A DNA stretch of 64,000 bases from the human T2T-CHM13v2.0 reference genome, Homo sapiens (GCF_009914755.1 NC_060932.1); one strand, 5' to 3'; positions 14,330 through 27,510 are shown, counted from the stretch's first letter. The notes: generated by a model from the letters alone, not told the origin. Numbers and translations: made by a program.

Positions 14330-14554
14330 AATAAGACTGGATTTAAAAAAAACAGTTGTTGTTTTCTCAAAAACAAAATAGATGCTGAAAAACAATACAA
14401 TATCTTCAAAGTACTGAAGATACGTAGCTGTCCATATTAAAATCCTATATCCACTTAAAAACTCATTCAGGAACAAAAAGTAAATAAAGACATTTTTATT
14501 AATGGAGCAACAAAGAGTATTACCACCAACAGACTCTAACTGAAAAAATGACTA

Positions 14555-14734
14555 AGCAGTGGTGTTAACCATCCATTGGAGTTGTGTGGGGAGCATTAAA
14601 AATATTCTGATGCCTGAAACAGCACCCTGATAATTTTTTATTTAATTGATCTGGGCTGGTAGCTGAATGTTGGAAGTTTTTAAAACTTCCCACATAATTC
14701 TCATGTGTTTTAGCTAAGATTAGGGAATCATTGC
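14555..14734. mobile_element. MER5A/B-like hAT-Charlie MITE
   Basis: Termini CAGTGGTGTTAACC ... GGGAATCATTG; internal AAAAATATTCTGATGCCTG and ATTTAATTGATCTGGG. Confidence 0.7.
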
Positions 14735-17369
14735 ACAAAGAATAGTCTTCAGTGAGAAAGAAAAACAACAACAAAAAAGAAGTAAGGTGATATGATCAAT
14801 GGCAAGCTAAGACATTAGCAATTTGGGGTGAATTTAAATAAGAGATAAGTATAAAAAATAGTAAATAGGACATAGGTAAACAAAGTAGAACTAGAATATC
14901 AGAAGATTAGAACTCAGACTTAACATTTCTGGGTCCTATGTACTGTTTAGGAGGAAGATGAGATAATAATTAGCTTTAGACTTTATAAAGTTAGAAATGC
15001 ATGTTGAAATTTTCTGAAAATACTAGAAGTGGATATTGCATATAGGATTCAAAAACATTAAGGATCACAAAAATAAAGAATAATTTTAGTTTTTAAAAAG
15101 AGAATAAAAATGTAATTAAACAAGAAGAATGCAGGAAAGAAAAAACATGCCAAAATAAATAAGGAATTAAGTCAACATATATCAATAATCAATACATGTG
15201 ATTTTAGACAATAAAAATAGATTTAAGAATTCCAGTTACATGCTGCTTACAGAAGACACATATGAAACATTTATAAGATGCAGTTCCATACTCAAAATAA
15301 TTAATTATACATATTATAAATGTTTTTCAGAATTATGTATTTGGTATAATAACATGCAAATTTTAAAGACTAAGAACAATTGAAGACTCAAAGCAATCAC
15401 ACATTGTTCATAAATTCATTTGAATACAGTAAAAATATTAAAGTATTATTTGGAAGCATTCATATCAAATTAATGATACTAGCTGCTTACGAAAATGAAA
15501 AATGAGAGTGATATTAGAGTGGAGAAGAGAAAAAAGGTGACAAGTTCACCTATAATGCCTTATTTAATGTGCGTGTTTGTGTGTTTGTTCACACACACAC
15601 AACATTCAAATAATAAACGTAACTTTAAAAATTAGTTTGGAAAAGTGGTCTTGGTGATAAGGCTATTGTAAATATGACCTCATTATTTTTTGTTTTTTAT
15701 TCCAAAGTAGAGAATAAAATTCTTGTTTCAAGTACTGAATTCTGTACCATAAATTTGAGAAAACATACCTACATGACTTGACAATATTATTTTCATATTA
15801 CCCAATTTCTGTAGTGTTCCTCATTTCTTCTTTCACAGCATGAGTCATTGTACAAACAGTATTAGTAAAATTTTAAACAATATGGGCATGTGTGTAGAAA
15901 TTATAATTGTCGCATGAATACCTATATTATGAAATAAGTTGACCTTACTATTTCTATACATTCTTTATTAGAATTTAGAAATGAGAATGAGCTGTTATAG
16001 CTTAGTTGAGCCAATTATTTTTATAAAACATGCTACTTATGCACAGCTTTTCTTTTGTTTAATTATGTTTAAAAATATCAGAATTCAGTTTACATCTTTA
16101 ATTGATGGTCACCACAAACACAATTTGTTTTAAATTCTTTAGAAATATTGTTAAAATATGCTTTAAAATATTTGTTGAATCACTGGTATAAACTTTTTTT
16201 TAACTCTCCTTGAAGTAGAATATATTTATAACTTCCTACTAAAAATGGCATTTGTGCGTTTAGCCTTCTTGAAAACGACAGCACATTTACAAAAACAAAG
16301 TAATTATCTTAGGATTATTCCTAATATTAAGTTAATTAAATATTTGTTGGAGTAAATTTTCTCATCAAAATTTAGTTGCCTGATAGAAAAAAGTAGAATT
16401 TTACTTAAAGCAAACTTGAAGATTAGAAATCAAAATCCAAATTCTATAGTGAAAGAAAAGAGATTATTTATTATGGAAGAAAAGGCCAATAAAATACTAA
16501 AATTATTAAAACATATCTTGCTCAGGTATAAATAATATAGGGTAAGTTGCAGCATCCACTGCTGCAACTTTAATTAGACATTACTGCAAATATTTAAAGA
16601 AGTCATCTGTTGTTCATGGAAAGCACCTAAAGTGGTAAAAATAATGAATTTTTGTCTTTATATTTTAACATGCAGCCCATGTTTCTGCTATGATGAATTT
16701 TAGATAATATATTTAAATGGCAGTAAAAAAGACTTAGAAATACCTAAGCTTAGTTTTTTATTGAAAGTTTGCAAATCAGTAATGGAAATATTTATTAACT
16801 TCATTTTTATTTTAAAAATGAATGAATTTTAATTTTAATTGAATTTCTAATGAATGCTAATTTTATATACATATATGCATCTTATTACATTGATTAGTTT
16901 TTTTCTTTTGTAAGCCAGGTAAAATCCCATGAAATCTAGATCTGTTGAAAAATGTAAATAAGTATGTTTTTCATGTATTTTTCCATGTAGTTTAGAAAAT
17001 GAAAAAAAAAATCTACTGTTATTTTCCTTTAAAATGTCTTGGCTTCCTGAAAATGATGACATTAAGATATTAGAGAAATATTCTGAGGAAGCAATGGAGG
17101 CCATGAGACTGGAAACCTACACAGTTACCTAGTGAGCATCAAAGAGAAAAAAAAAGGCACAAATTTTCAGATCTATCTATTTCAAGGTGCATCCAGGAAT
17201 ATTCATAATATAACATTTTAAAATTGAATAAATACTAGCTGTCAACTAGTCAGCCTGTTTAATTATCCATTCCATTCTAAGTATCTTGTATTTAGACTGC
17301 AGAGGGGCCCTTTAATTTACCTTATGTTGACTATCTAGAACTCCCAAATTTTCCTGCTTGATTTTATAA

Positions 17370-17490
17370 TAGTATTTAATTTATTAAACAAATGTTTATT
17401 AGAAGCTACTAAGTGTGCTAGGCACTAGGAATCAAAGATGAATGAATATTTATTTGTCTTTAAGGAATATACAAACAAGAAGAGAGAGGC
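17370..17490 (-). mobile_element. L2 3'-end fragment
   Basis: AACAAATGTTTATT.GAAGC.TACTAAGTGTGCTAGGCACTAGG..AAAGATGAAT. Confidence 0.55.
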
Positions 17491-17503
17491 AGAACTGTAA
17501 AGA

Positions 17504-19065
17504 TGCAAATTCAACACAATACCCATCAAAATACCACCATCATTCTTCACAGAGTTAGAAAAAACAATTCTAAAATTCACTTGTAACCAAAAAAGAGCCA
17601 GCATAGGCAAAGAAAGACTAAGAAAAAAGAATAAATCTGGAGACATCACACTACCTGATTTCAAACTATACTATAAGGCCATAGTCACCAAAAGTGTGTG
17701 GTACTGGTATAAATAGGAACATAGACCAATGGAACAGAATAGAGAACCCAGAAATAAACCAAAATACTTACTAGCCAACTGATCTTTGACAAAGCCAACA
17801 AAAACATGAAGTGGAGAAACGCCCCCCTTTCAACAAATGGTGCTGGGATAACTGGCTAGCCGCATGTAGGAGAGCAAAACTGAATCCTCATTTCTCACCA
17901 TATACAAAAGTCAACTCAAGATGGATAAAAGACTTAAACCTAAGACCTGAAACTATAAAAATTCTGGAAGATAATATTGGAAAGACCCTTTTAGACATTG
18001 GCTTAGGTAAAGATTTCATGACCAAAAACCCAAAAGCAATTGCAATAAAAACAAAAATAAATAACTAATCTAAAGAGCTTTTGCACAGCAAAAGGAATAT
18101 AGTCTGCAGAGTAAACAGACAACCCACAGAGTGGGAGAAAACCTTCACAATCTGTATATCTCACAAAGGACTAATATCCAGAATCTAAAATGAATTCAAA
18201 CAAATCAGTAAGAGAAAAGCAATCAATCCCATCAAAAAGTGGGCTAAGGACATCAATAGACAATTCTCAAAAGAAGATATACAAATGACCAACAAATGTA
18301 TGGAAAAATGCTCAACATCACTAATGATCAGCGAAATGCAAATCAAAACCATGATGTAATAGCACCTTACTCCTGCAAGAATGGCCATAATCAAAAAAAT
18401 TTTTAAAAAGTAGATGTTGGTGTGGATGCGCCAATCAGGGAACACTTCTACACTGCTGGTGGGAATGTAAACTAGTACAGCCATGATGGAAAACAGTGTG
18501 GAGATTCCTTAAAGAACTAAAAGTAGAACTACCATTTGATCCAGCAATCCCAATACTGGGAATATATATAATATTTATTATATTATATTATATATTATAT
18601 ATAATATATAAATATATATTATATATATTCCCAGTATTGGGATTATATATATAATACACATAATATTATTATATATATATTATATAATAAATATATATAA
18701 ATGGAATACTACTCAGGCATAAAAATAAATGAATTAACAGCATTTGCGATGACCTGGTTGAGATTAGAGACCATTATTCTAAGTGAAGTAACTCAGGAAT
18801 GGAAAACCAAACACCATATATTCTCACTGATATGTGGCAGCTAAGCTATGAGGATGCAAAGGCATAAGAATGATACAATGGACTTTGAGGACTTGGAGAA
18901 AAGAGTGGGAGTGGGGTGAGGAATAAAATAAAACAAATACGGTGCCCTGTATACTGCTCGGATGATGGGTGCTCAAGGTTCTCACAAATCTCCACTAAAG
19001 AACTCACTCGTGTAATCAAATACCACTTGTACCCCAATAACTTACGGAAAAATAATTTTAAAAAA
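17504..19065 (+). mobile_element. 5'-truncated L1PB1-like element (ORF2 3' part plus 3' UTR)
   Basis: ORF2 peptide [27 protein letters not shown] and an L1PB-type 3' UTR ending TGTACCCCAATAACTTACGGAAAAATAATTTTAAAAAAA. The 13-bp TSD AGAACTGTAAAGA is at 17491-17503 and 19066-19078. Confidence 0.92.
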
Positions 19066-19499
19066 AGAACTGTAAAGAGATGACTGCATAAATGAACAAA
19101 ATAAATTTTTGTTTATTCAGAGAAAGAAGTCCTCATAAGCAAGCAACAAGTGAAATAATTTCATTCTCTAAGAGACAGATTTGTGATTAAGAATGCACAA
19201 ACATATTTATCTTATTTTCCATCAAAGATTATAGCCTATTATAATCTCAAAGACTTCTTTGTGGCATGGCAGCTGGGAAAGGAAGTATTGCATGAAGCTG
19301 TCATATTCAGAGTAAGAAAATGAGACAATGGGAACAAAGCAAGAAAGAAAATCAACATGACAACAGGCAGAGATTTACTTTATTCTACTATGATAAATCT
19401 ATTTTGTTAAGTAGTAGGCATTAATGTTAATATGTTTTCATTCACAATTTGAAATCAGAAATTAAATATTAAAATTATAAAATTATTAATAATTGAATT

Positions 19500-19872
19500 C
19501 ATTCACAAATTGATCCAAATAGATCAGCACCATAGATCTATTTGTTGGAAACAAAATAGGTAGAACAATCAAAGTCATTAATTATTCTTTGTCATCCAAG
19601 GTGGACAGAAGTTTTATTATGTAGAGGTCAGTTGTGGGCCAAGGGCCATTTATTATTTTCTTCAATGACTTGGATGATAGAAAAGTCTGTGAACTTGGTA
19701 ATTTACAGTTCTCTTTAGTTGGAAAGACTGATTAACACTTTGAATGTCAAGATCAAAATTCAACATGACCATAATATGACCTCAACAAATTGGAGTAGTT
19801 TAAAACAATGCAATTCAATAGGATCACATGTCAAATATAGACTTTAAGGGAATTGGGAAGGAAATTGAAATT
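19500..19872 (+). mobile_element. CR1/L3 LINE RT fragment (copy 1)
   Basis: TTCTTCAATGACTTGGATGAT (FFNDLDD, compare CR1 FINDLD), followed by GATCAAAATTCAA (compare RIKIQ.DL) and TTCAATAGG..ACATG. Confidence 0.6.
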
Positions 19873-20269
19873 ATAATAATGTAAATGATACCAAGCTAGT
19901 GAGAATGTATGACTGTTTGTGTATGTGTATGTATGTAATAAAAGATATAATAAATAACATTAAATATGACCTGAGTCAAGAATATAGCACTAGCTTTTAA
20001 CATTTTTTCTCTTTCCTTGGCATAACTCTTACCCATTTATAAATGTTTCTATACATATTATCACAGTATACTCAAGAAGTTATATCCTATATCCCTGCTG
20101 ATAAAATTAAGTGTAATTCTAAGATATATAAGTAATGAGAAGGATATAAGTATAAATGTGTTTATGAAATGCTTGGAATATTATGACTTCGTAAGTGTAT
20201 CACAACTTCTAAATATTATTCATCAATTTATCTTATTACTAACACATTTATTCATTTGTTTATTTATTC

Positions 20270-20489
20270 ATTTCATCAATGACTTGGATGATAGAAAAGT
20301 GTGTGAATTTGGTAATCTACAGTTCTCTTTATTTGGAAAGACTGATTAACACTTTGAATGTCAAGATCAAAATTCAACATAGTAATAATATGACCTCAAC
20401 AATTTGAAGAAATAGTTTAAAACAGTACAATTCAATAGGATCACATGCCAAATATAGACTTTAAGGGAATTGGGGAGGAACTGGAAATA
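20270..20489 (+). repeat. Duplicated copy of the CR1/L3 fragment (copy 2)
   Basis: Near-identical ~215-bp direct repeat of 19662-19872. ORF 20158-20349 reads HFINDLDDRK. Confidence 0.9.
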
Positions 20490-20677
20490 TACTATTATTT
20501 TTAATATTTAATGTTTGATTCCGAATTGTGGATAAAAACATGTTCACATTAATACATACTACTTACCAAAATAGATTTATCATAGTAGAATAAAGGAAAT
20601 CTTCTGTCTGCTGTCATGTTGATTTTCCTTCCTGCTTAGTTTCCATTGTCTCACTTTCTAACTCTGAATATGACACA

Positions 20678-21000
20678 CTTATTCATTTGATTATCATTAA
20701 CCATTAGGTATTTATAAAACGTCTACTATGTCCCAGGCACTGTATTACGTGCTAGTAATACAAAGTTGGGGAATGCAAGCATTGTCCATACTTTCCTAGC
20801 ACCTACAGACTAATAAATAATTACAATTTCTAGTAAACACAGATGGGTACTACGAGGTCATAAGACAGGGATACTTGTCATCCTCTGTCAGAGGAGAAAA
20901 GGCATCCCTGGGCAAATGCTTTCTTACCTGATATATGAGGTAGACAGACTAAGGGAATAAAGTAGCAAAGGAGTATTTTCTGCCAAGGGCACAGCAAGTA
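20678..21000 (-). mobile_element. L2 3' fragment
   Basis: ATTCATTT..TATTTATAAAACGTCTACTATGTCCCAGGCACTGT..GTGCTAG.AATACAAAG. Confidence 0.6.
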
Positions 21001-21937
21001 TTAAGGATTCGAGCTTTGAAAATGAATGCTTTTTGTTGGTATTATATACTCAATTAATACAATTAAATACTGCTTCTTAATACATTTCACAAAAATAGAG
21101 AAATAGATGTCTGCCAAAATTGGAAGACATAGTCTGGACTAAAAAATGTGCTCTGTGATGTAATGGACTTTTTAACATTGCGATGAGACTGGGTGGGAAA
21201 AGAATACAATCAAAGAGGCTTTTTGTCTGGAGCGATGCCACTGGTGGGCAACAAGGTCTCTATGAACTGGATAATCTGCAACACAAATCGAGATGCTGTT
21301 GAATGAGAAACAATAACGTGAAGTAAGAGACCCAAACTAAAAATTAAAAAGGCAACCACTCTGACTTGATTTAAATCTGAGCAGCTTCTCAGATAAGCAG
21401 TTTATATTCCAGGGAAGCTGGGGTTGCTTTCTTTAATGATAGTAGTGATTCATTTTACCACTAAATTTGGTTTAATATTTTCATGGTAGAAATCCTTGAC
21501 CTGAAAAACCCTCTAAGGAGAAAGGGATAGGACTATCTTGTTTAGTCCCTTTACTTTAAATTTAAATTGAGCTATGCTATCTCCATCAATGCCTAAGTAG
21601 AAGCATGAACAGTTAGTAAAGAGGTAATGGGGGAAACTGGTTAATTTCAATTGCCACATTTTATGATTTCAGAGAAATTAGGTAAAGCACATCTTTGCAA
21701 AGCTTATAGTCAATTATTTGTATTTATAGGAAAAATGCAGAAGTCCGGGCAATTGTAAATGATGAATAATCTATAATATTCACATTTTTTAGGAGTTCCT
21801 GGATTGTATAAACCAGATGTTAAACACATAAGGGTTTTGAAATACGTGTTTCGAAAGTTTACTCGAGGTACTCTAAGAAATGCCTTCATTTAAAAATAAT
21901 CTCCAAAATATTTTATGAAAAATACTTCTTCCTTGCC

Positions 21938-22072
21938 TGTTGAAAGATTCAGACTCTCGCTGTCTGTCTGTCTCCGTGTATATATACATGCACATACACA
22001 CGCACATAAATATATATAATTTTTCCATCTATCTAAATCAAGATGGTTTTAACATTTCTATCTATCTATCTA

Positions 22073-22116
<44 letters not shown>

Positions 22117-22622
22117 TCTATCTACCTATAAACCAAGATGGCTTTAACATTCCCTTAGGTTGACTAAGCTTAAAATTTAGACAAGTCCTTTCCTGACTAT
22201 ACAACCCTGACCTCCCTTTTCTTAGAGCATTAACATTTGAAAGCTTGCAATTGTAAATTCCTTCTGTGGCCCTTTTTACTGTAACTCTTTTACAAGCCTC
22301 TTGCCGGTTTTACAACTCAGGAATATCTTTCTCAAAAACCTGGAAGTCAGGTTATTATCAAGAAAAATAAAGCCACTATCTCCCAAACTCTATAGGTAGA
22401 TAGGAACCTAACTCCTATGAATAACTATTAGCAAACACAGATGCCTAATCACATGACCAAACTTCCCTATCACATAATCTGGCACTTTCCCACTAGCTCA
22501 CCCCAGCCCTTAAAATCTTTTCTGCCCTTAGTTTTAGGGAAGTTGAGTTCAATCTCTCTTCCTTATTGCAGTGTCCAGAATATAGTCTTTTTCACTTAAC
22601 TCCAGTGTAATTTTTCTTCACA
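21938..22622 (+). mobile_element. Solo ERV1 LTR, MER4-group-like (subfamily uncertain), containing expanded microsatellites
   Basis: TG...CA bounded, about 500 bp without the microsatellites. LTR-like 3' part CCCCAGCCCTTAAAA..GTTGAGTTCAATCTCTCTTCC..TTGCAGT..AATATAGTCTT. Confidence 0.5.
22057..22126. repeat. Compound (TCTA)n(TCTG)n(TCTA)n tetranucleotide STR
   Basis: Direct reading of the sequence. Confidence 0.95.
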
Positions 22623-22624
22623 GC

Positions 22625-22867
22625 ACATATATGTGTATACATACATACACATATGTGTGTATATACGCATACATACATACACATATATGCATACACATAT
22701 GTATATGTGTATATATGCACACATGTGTGTATATACGTAGGCATATACACATGTGTATATGCATACATATACACATATGTGTATATATGTATATATTTAC
22801 ACACACATGCACATATATACATAAACACACATACCCCCACACATGCATACATATTTACACACATACA
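22625..22867. repeat. Alternating purine-pyrimidine (TA/CA/TG) low-complexity tract
   Basis: About 240 bp of RY alternation; it generates four spurious ORFs. Confidence 0.95.
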
Positions 22868-25800
22868 GGGGCCACTATTGTCTAATTTTATTTGCATCAT
22901 TCAGTTTCCTATAATTGTTGCACTCATTTTTTCTAGAGTATTAAAAATGTTGCAGAGAAACTTTTCAGCAACGAGAGATTAATTAGGAATCCTTTTTCAC
23001 TAAAGGTTTTCTAAAAGTTGCTGTAGACCTGAGCAAGTATAAGAAATCTAAAATTGCCAATCTCTAACTTATTGATTAAATTTGGACATATATAAAGTAG
23101 ATTATTCATTTAGTACTCCAGTCTCTGAAGCAATAGAGAAAAAAAGAACTACTTATATTTAAAATGCTTATTGATTTATTCTACATTTTCAAATATTTAT
23201 ACAGTGATCTATAGGGAAATATATTTTACATAGTGATTTAGAGCAGACATACATACATATATCCATTTATAGATAGATAGAAATATGTAGATGTAACTGA
23301 AAAACTATTTCACAGTAAGGAGCTTATTTTTACTTACAGCAATGCATGCCACTTTTCCATTCAATGCTCACTGCTACCAACATACAAAGATCATCTTCCC
23401 TGTATGCAATGCACTCTGGTCTTGTCTTCTCATTGCCCGTCCCTACCATCCAAATTGATTCCATAATGCACTAAATAGTGATCTACCCGTAATTCTAAAA
23501 TCACTGGCATCACAGAATTTACAACTCATTTTTAGCATGGCCATAAAATGTTGGTAACTAATAAATAAAATAAATATATATTTTATGCATAGGCCAAATA
23601 CTATTGGGTTGCATTTCCCTAAGAAATAGTTTCTTAGTGATTTCCTGGGGCTTTGCCAATGAGAGTAGTTCTTTAAAAATCCTTTAGATCCAGTGCAGAG
23701 CATTCCCTTAAATTAAATGATAAGAGCAGTGTGAATTCCAATTTGCTAAAACACTTAAAGCTGATGCTTGCAAGCAAAAGGTTCATTTACAAAATGGCAG
23801 CTAATGAACTCAGAGGGAAAGTATGTTGGCCTAAAAACAAAAACCACATATGCCTGAGGAGTTATTGTTTTCACTAAGTTCTCTCCTCATGTGTTAATTG
23901 TAGGGTCGGAAGTGACTCATATATCTCTTATTCTTTCTCGACTGGTTCTTGCCAGAATTCCCTTAAGGCTGTTACAGAAATGGGAGAGATGTTTGTGGGG
24001 GCAGATATGGAGAGTAAAAACAGAAGCAGCATGGAATAATATAATATCAAATGCAAAAATATAATAATTGGCAAAATGTTTTTATAACTTTAAACCATAG
24101 GATCATGATAAACAGTATTACTAATGAAACTGATAAGTAGATCTTGATGACACTTTTCTTCTTTTCTCAATAGTGATAATAAAATAAAAAGACAATTCAC
24201 ATTGGGATACAAATGAACCATTTGATATACCTATTTTAATAATTTGAATTTGATTAAAAATTATATTAATGTTCATAATTTTATATTTGTATGCATTATA
24301 GATGTGGAAAATAACATCAAAAGCAAAAAAATAATCAATTATGTGGTCATGAAATGTTCCCAGAAGGAATTTTATCATTACTATTATAAAAGATAATTGT
24401 AAAAGAAGGCCACCTTCCTTACTATCCAGCATATTAGTGAACCCTTTAGGAAACTGTTAATAGACAAAGATTTTGCAATGATTTTGTCAAACAATGTTCC
24501 CCCTTTAACCCAACAGTTTTTCTCTTCAGTGAATTGGAGTGGAAGGATAGGTAAATGTTCTCATATCCTCTGCAGTAATTCTCTGGTTACGAATAATGTT
24601 TGCCAAAAAAAGACTAAGTTGAGCGAAATTTGAAAAACTGGTTTCTCAAGTAGATTGATTTTCTGTTTATAGAATGAAAGAATGTAACAGAAAAGGTAAG
24701 CAATGCAGTATCAGAGGAACCTGAACTCAAATTACATCACTGCCCATGACTATCTGCTTGAACTTACACAAAAGAACTTGCTATTTTTGAGTCTGTTTAA
24801 GCAAATGCAAAATGGAGATCAACAACGTCCTTCTTGGTGGCTTCATTTAAAGATTACATGCAAATACCTGAAATATATTATATTCTCCATAAATATAGTT
24901 CCTTTCTCTATAAAGAAATTAATTCATTATTACTTAATTATCTTATCTAACCTGCACACCTTTAGGATACAAAGGCCACCAGGACAGTAACAAAATATTG
25001 GCTGGGTTTGATCAGATTTTTTGGTGTTCGTTATTATTACTTAAATCTAACACAGGGATTTAGAGGGATAGCAAAACAAATAGTTAGAATGGGCTAAAGC
25101 ACTGCTATGGGTCAACCCATTACAAGTTTAGTAAATAGTTATCACTGGGTGTGGTAGGGAGAGGGAAAGAGAGAGGAAGAGAGGGATGAAGAGAGAGAAT
25201 GAGAGAAGAAAATCAAGGTATAAGTTTTTAAAAGAGAGAGGCAGGAACTGTTTCTGCCCCCCTCCTGTCACTGTCTGAAGGAATCGTTGATATGTTTATC
25301 CCTTTTCTTGCACAAAGCTGTCCTTTATCCAGGGCTCATTGGAATGGGGTGTGTACTGGGCAGTCAATTCATATACAGCCAATTTTCAGACCGATAAGCC
25401 TAGCCAAAGGAGATGATTTGGGTAATTTTACTTTCTTGGGACTTTGGAATTGGGCCTCTGAACACTGAGAGACTATTTGATAAATGTACTTTGGAATCAG
25501 GCCTCTGAGTAATGAGAGATTATTTGGTAAATGTAGACAACAAAAGATCTGCACAACTATTTGAATAGCAGTTCCAGGCAAGAGGAGTGCTAAAACCCAG
25601 AGTCTAGTGGCAAAGGGAAGGCAGTGGCAAAATCAAATCTTGAACATGAGTTTGTTAAAATACATACATTTTTGTGCATGTGTGTGTGTATCTACACAAG
25701 TGTATTATCTTTAGTCTCATGTAAATAAATTAATAGTTTATGTGGGTGGAGCACTATTTTTTTCAACGTGTGATTCACGAAGGGAAACATTCTGAATTAC

Positions 25801-26984
25801 GCAGACAGAGTAAAATGTGGTGAGGGTTTTAGAAAAGCCTGTATTTTGTGTGTAAATTAAATATAGGCACTGAGAAAGCCCTTACTGTGTACCCAAGGAG
25901 AGCCTGCATAGTGAGCAGATGGAACTCATTCTTTCTTGAGTAAACTACACAGGACTTTCTGTCTGCCACATCTCTCTCATACAGACAGTCAGCAAAAGAG
26001 ATGTGTGGATGTCACCCTCCCTTTCAGCATACCTCCTAGTTTTACACCAAAGACTGTCAAAGGCCAGTAACATGTCAGTGGGCATGACGCAACCAGAAGA
26101 GCTGCAGGAAATCTAGAAGGAGCAGTTTACTCAAAAAGGATTGCATCTGCAATGACTGCTGATTGAGCCCACTTGAAGCCCTCCAGTGGTTCCATCACCA
26201 CGAGCTTCTGAGGCTGTGAACGTCATTCAACTTCCACTTCTCACTTGTAGCCTGGGGAGAATGTTTCCCATTATAGTGACTTCACGAGAATGCCAGTAAA
26301 GATATTTTAGGTTTTTATTTGAAATATTTTTAGCACCTTATGGATAAAAAGTAAGTGTATTAGTGTTTGTAAAGCTAGATGATCTGTTTAAATAATTCTA
26401 TATAATTATTGGCAAAATCATAAACAAAGATTCCTGAAAAAATAAATTATCCACTATAAACAAATTATGTTAAATTTTTAAAAGAATACTGTTGCCAGCT
26501 GAGTGAACTACCTTACAAACATAACTTTCTTTTTCCTTTTTAAAGAAGAAAACATAAGTATGTTGGAAGGAATAATGATATCAGATACAACTTTGATTTC
26601 TTAAATTAACATGAAACCAGTAATTACTAAAATGTGGTAGGCTTGCTCCTGAACTCAACCCACCACACTTCCCACCCACAAATCAATTCCCTTTTTGATT
26701 GATTCAGTAGAAGGGCCAAGAATTGCATAGATAAAATCCCTTTGGGGCAGTGTTAAGGTACATCATTTCAAAAGAACATCGTGTGCTTATGCAACCTAAA
26801 TCTATTCTTATAATAACATTCTGACCGCAAAAATATTTTAGTCCAGAGATATGTCAATTCAGCATTCTTTACCAAATTCATACAAGCAGTAAAAAGAGAA
26901 AGAAGAGGACCTAACTCAGTTTTATCAAAGATTTGGCCAAATATTAATAATAGTGAAGTAAAGAAGTAGGAACATAATGTTGAG

Positions 26985-27195
26985 ATTGAAAACTCTGCAG
27001 TCACAAGCTAAATTCAATATCTGGCTTTAATATGAATGTGTGAATTTAAACAACTTAATTAGCTTCTCTGTGTTTCCCTTTCTTCATCTGTCACATGGAA
27101 TTAATACAGACCATTGTGAGATTTATAGAGACATGCAACACTCATGTGCTTAGAACTGTGCTGGGCTGTGGAATAGACACTAGTCACCTGTTGTT
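26985..27195 (+). mobile_element. MIR
   Basis: MIR core ACTTAATTAGCTTCTCTGTGTTTCCCTTTCTTCATCTGTCACATGG. Confidence 0.65.
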
Positions 27196-27199
27196 ATTG

Positions 27200-27510
27200 A
27201 TCACTCCAAATGTAGCTCATGTGAACTGAGACACACAGTGTTAAAACACAATAGATTTCAAAGACTTAATAAAAAAGAAGGATGCAAAATATCTCGTTAA
27301 TATTTTATAGTGATTGCATGTTGGATACAAAATATCTCATTAATATTTTATAGTGATTGCATGTTGGAATGGTTACATATTATATATACTGAGTTCAAAT
27401 ATATTATTAAAATAATTTTACCTGTTTTTCCTTTTTTTAACACGGATACTGTACTACAAAATTTTTAAATTACATAGTGATTTCTCATTATAGCTCCATT
27501 GTACAGTGCC
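27200..27510. mobile_element. MER33-like hAT-Charlie element with internal 43-bp tandem duplication
   Basis: GATTTCAAAGACTTA..AAAATATCTCATTAATATTTTATA.TGATTGCATGTTG..ATATATTATTAAAATAATTTTACCTGTTT..TTGTACAGTGC. Confidence 0.75.

Larger units (their letters stand above)
13950..15270 (+). mobile_element. Ancient L1M ORF1 to ORF2-endonuclease relic, interrupted by an Alu monomer and MER5
   Basis: A-rich. ORF1 C-terminal-like ATATCTTCAAAGTACTGAA..ATCCTATATCCA..AAATAAAGACATTT, and TGCTGCTTACAGAAGACACAT (CCLQKTH, compare L1 EN CCLQETH) at 15241-15261. Confidence 0.6.

Noticed and set aside
14012-14476. Longest ORF (154 aa)
   Set aside because: It is a chance read-through of antisense L1M and an Alu monomer, with no coding-like composition.
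22592-22982. Overlapping Cys/His/Tyr/Ile-rich ORFs on both strands
   Set aside because: They are translations of an RY-alternating microsatellite, which lacks stop codons.
25990-26260. GC-elevated patch after CCCTCCCTTTCAG as a possible exon
   Set aside because: It has no ORF of 60 aa or more in the track and no clear donor. It cannot be supported without RNA data.
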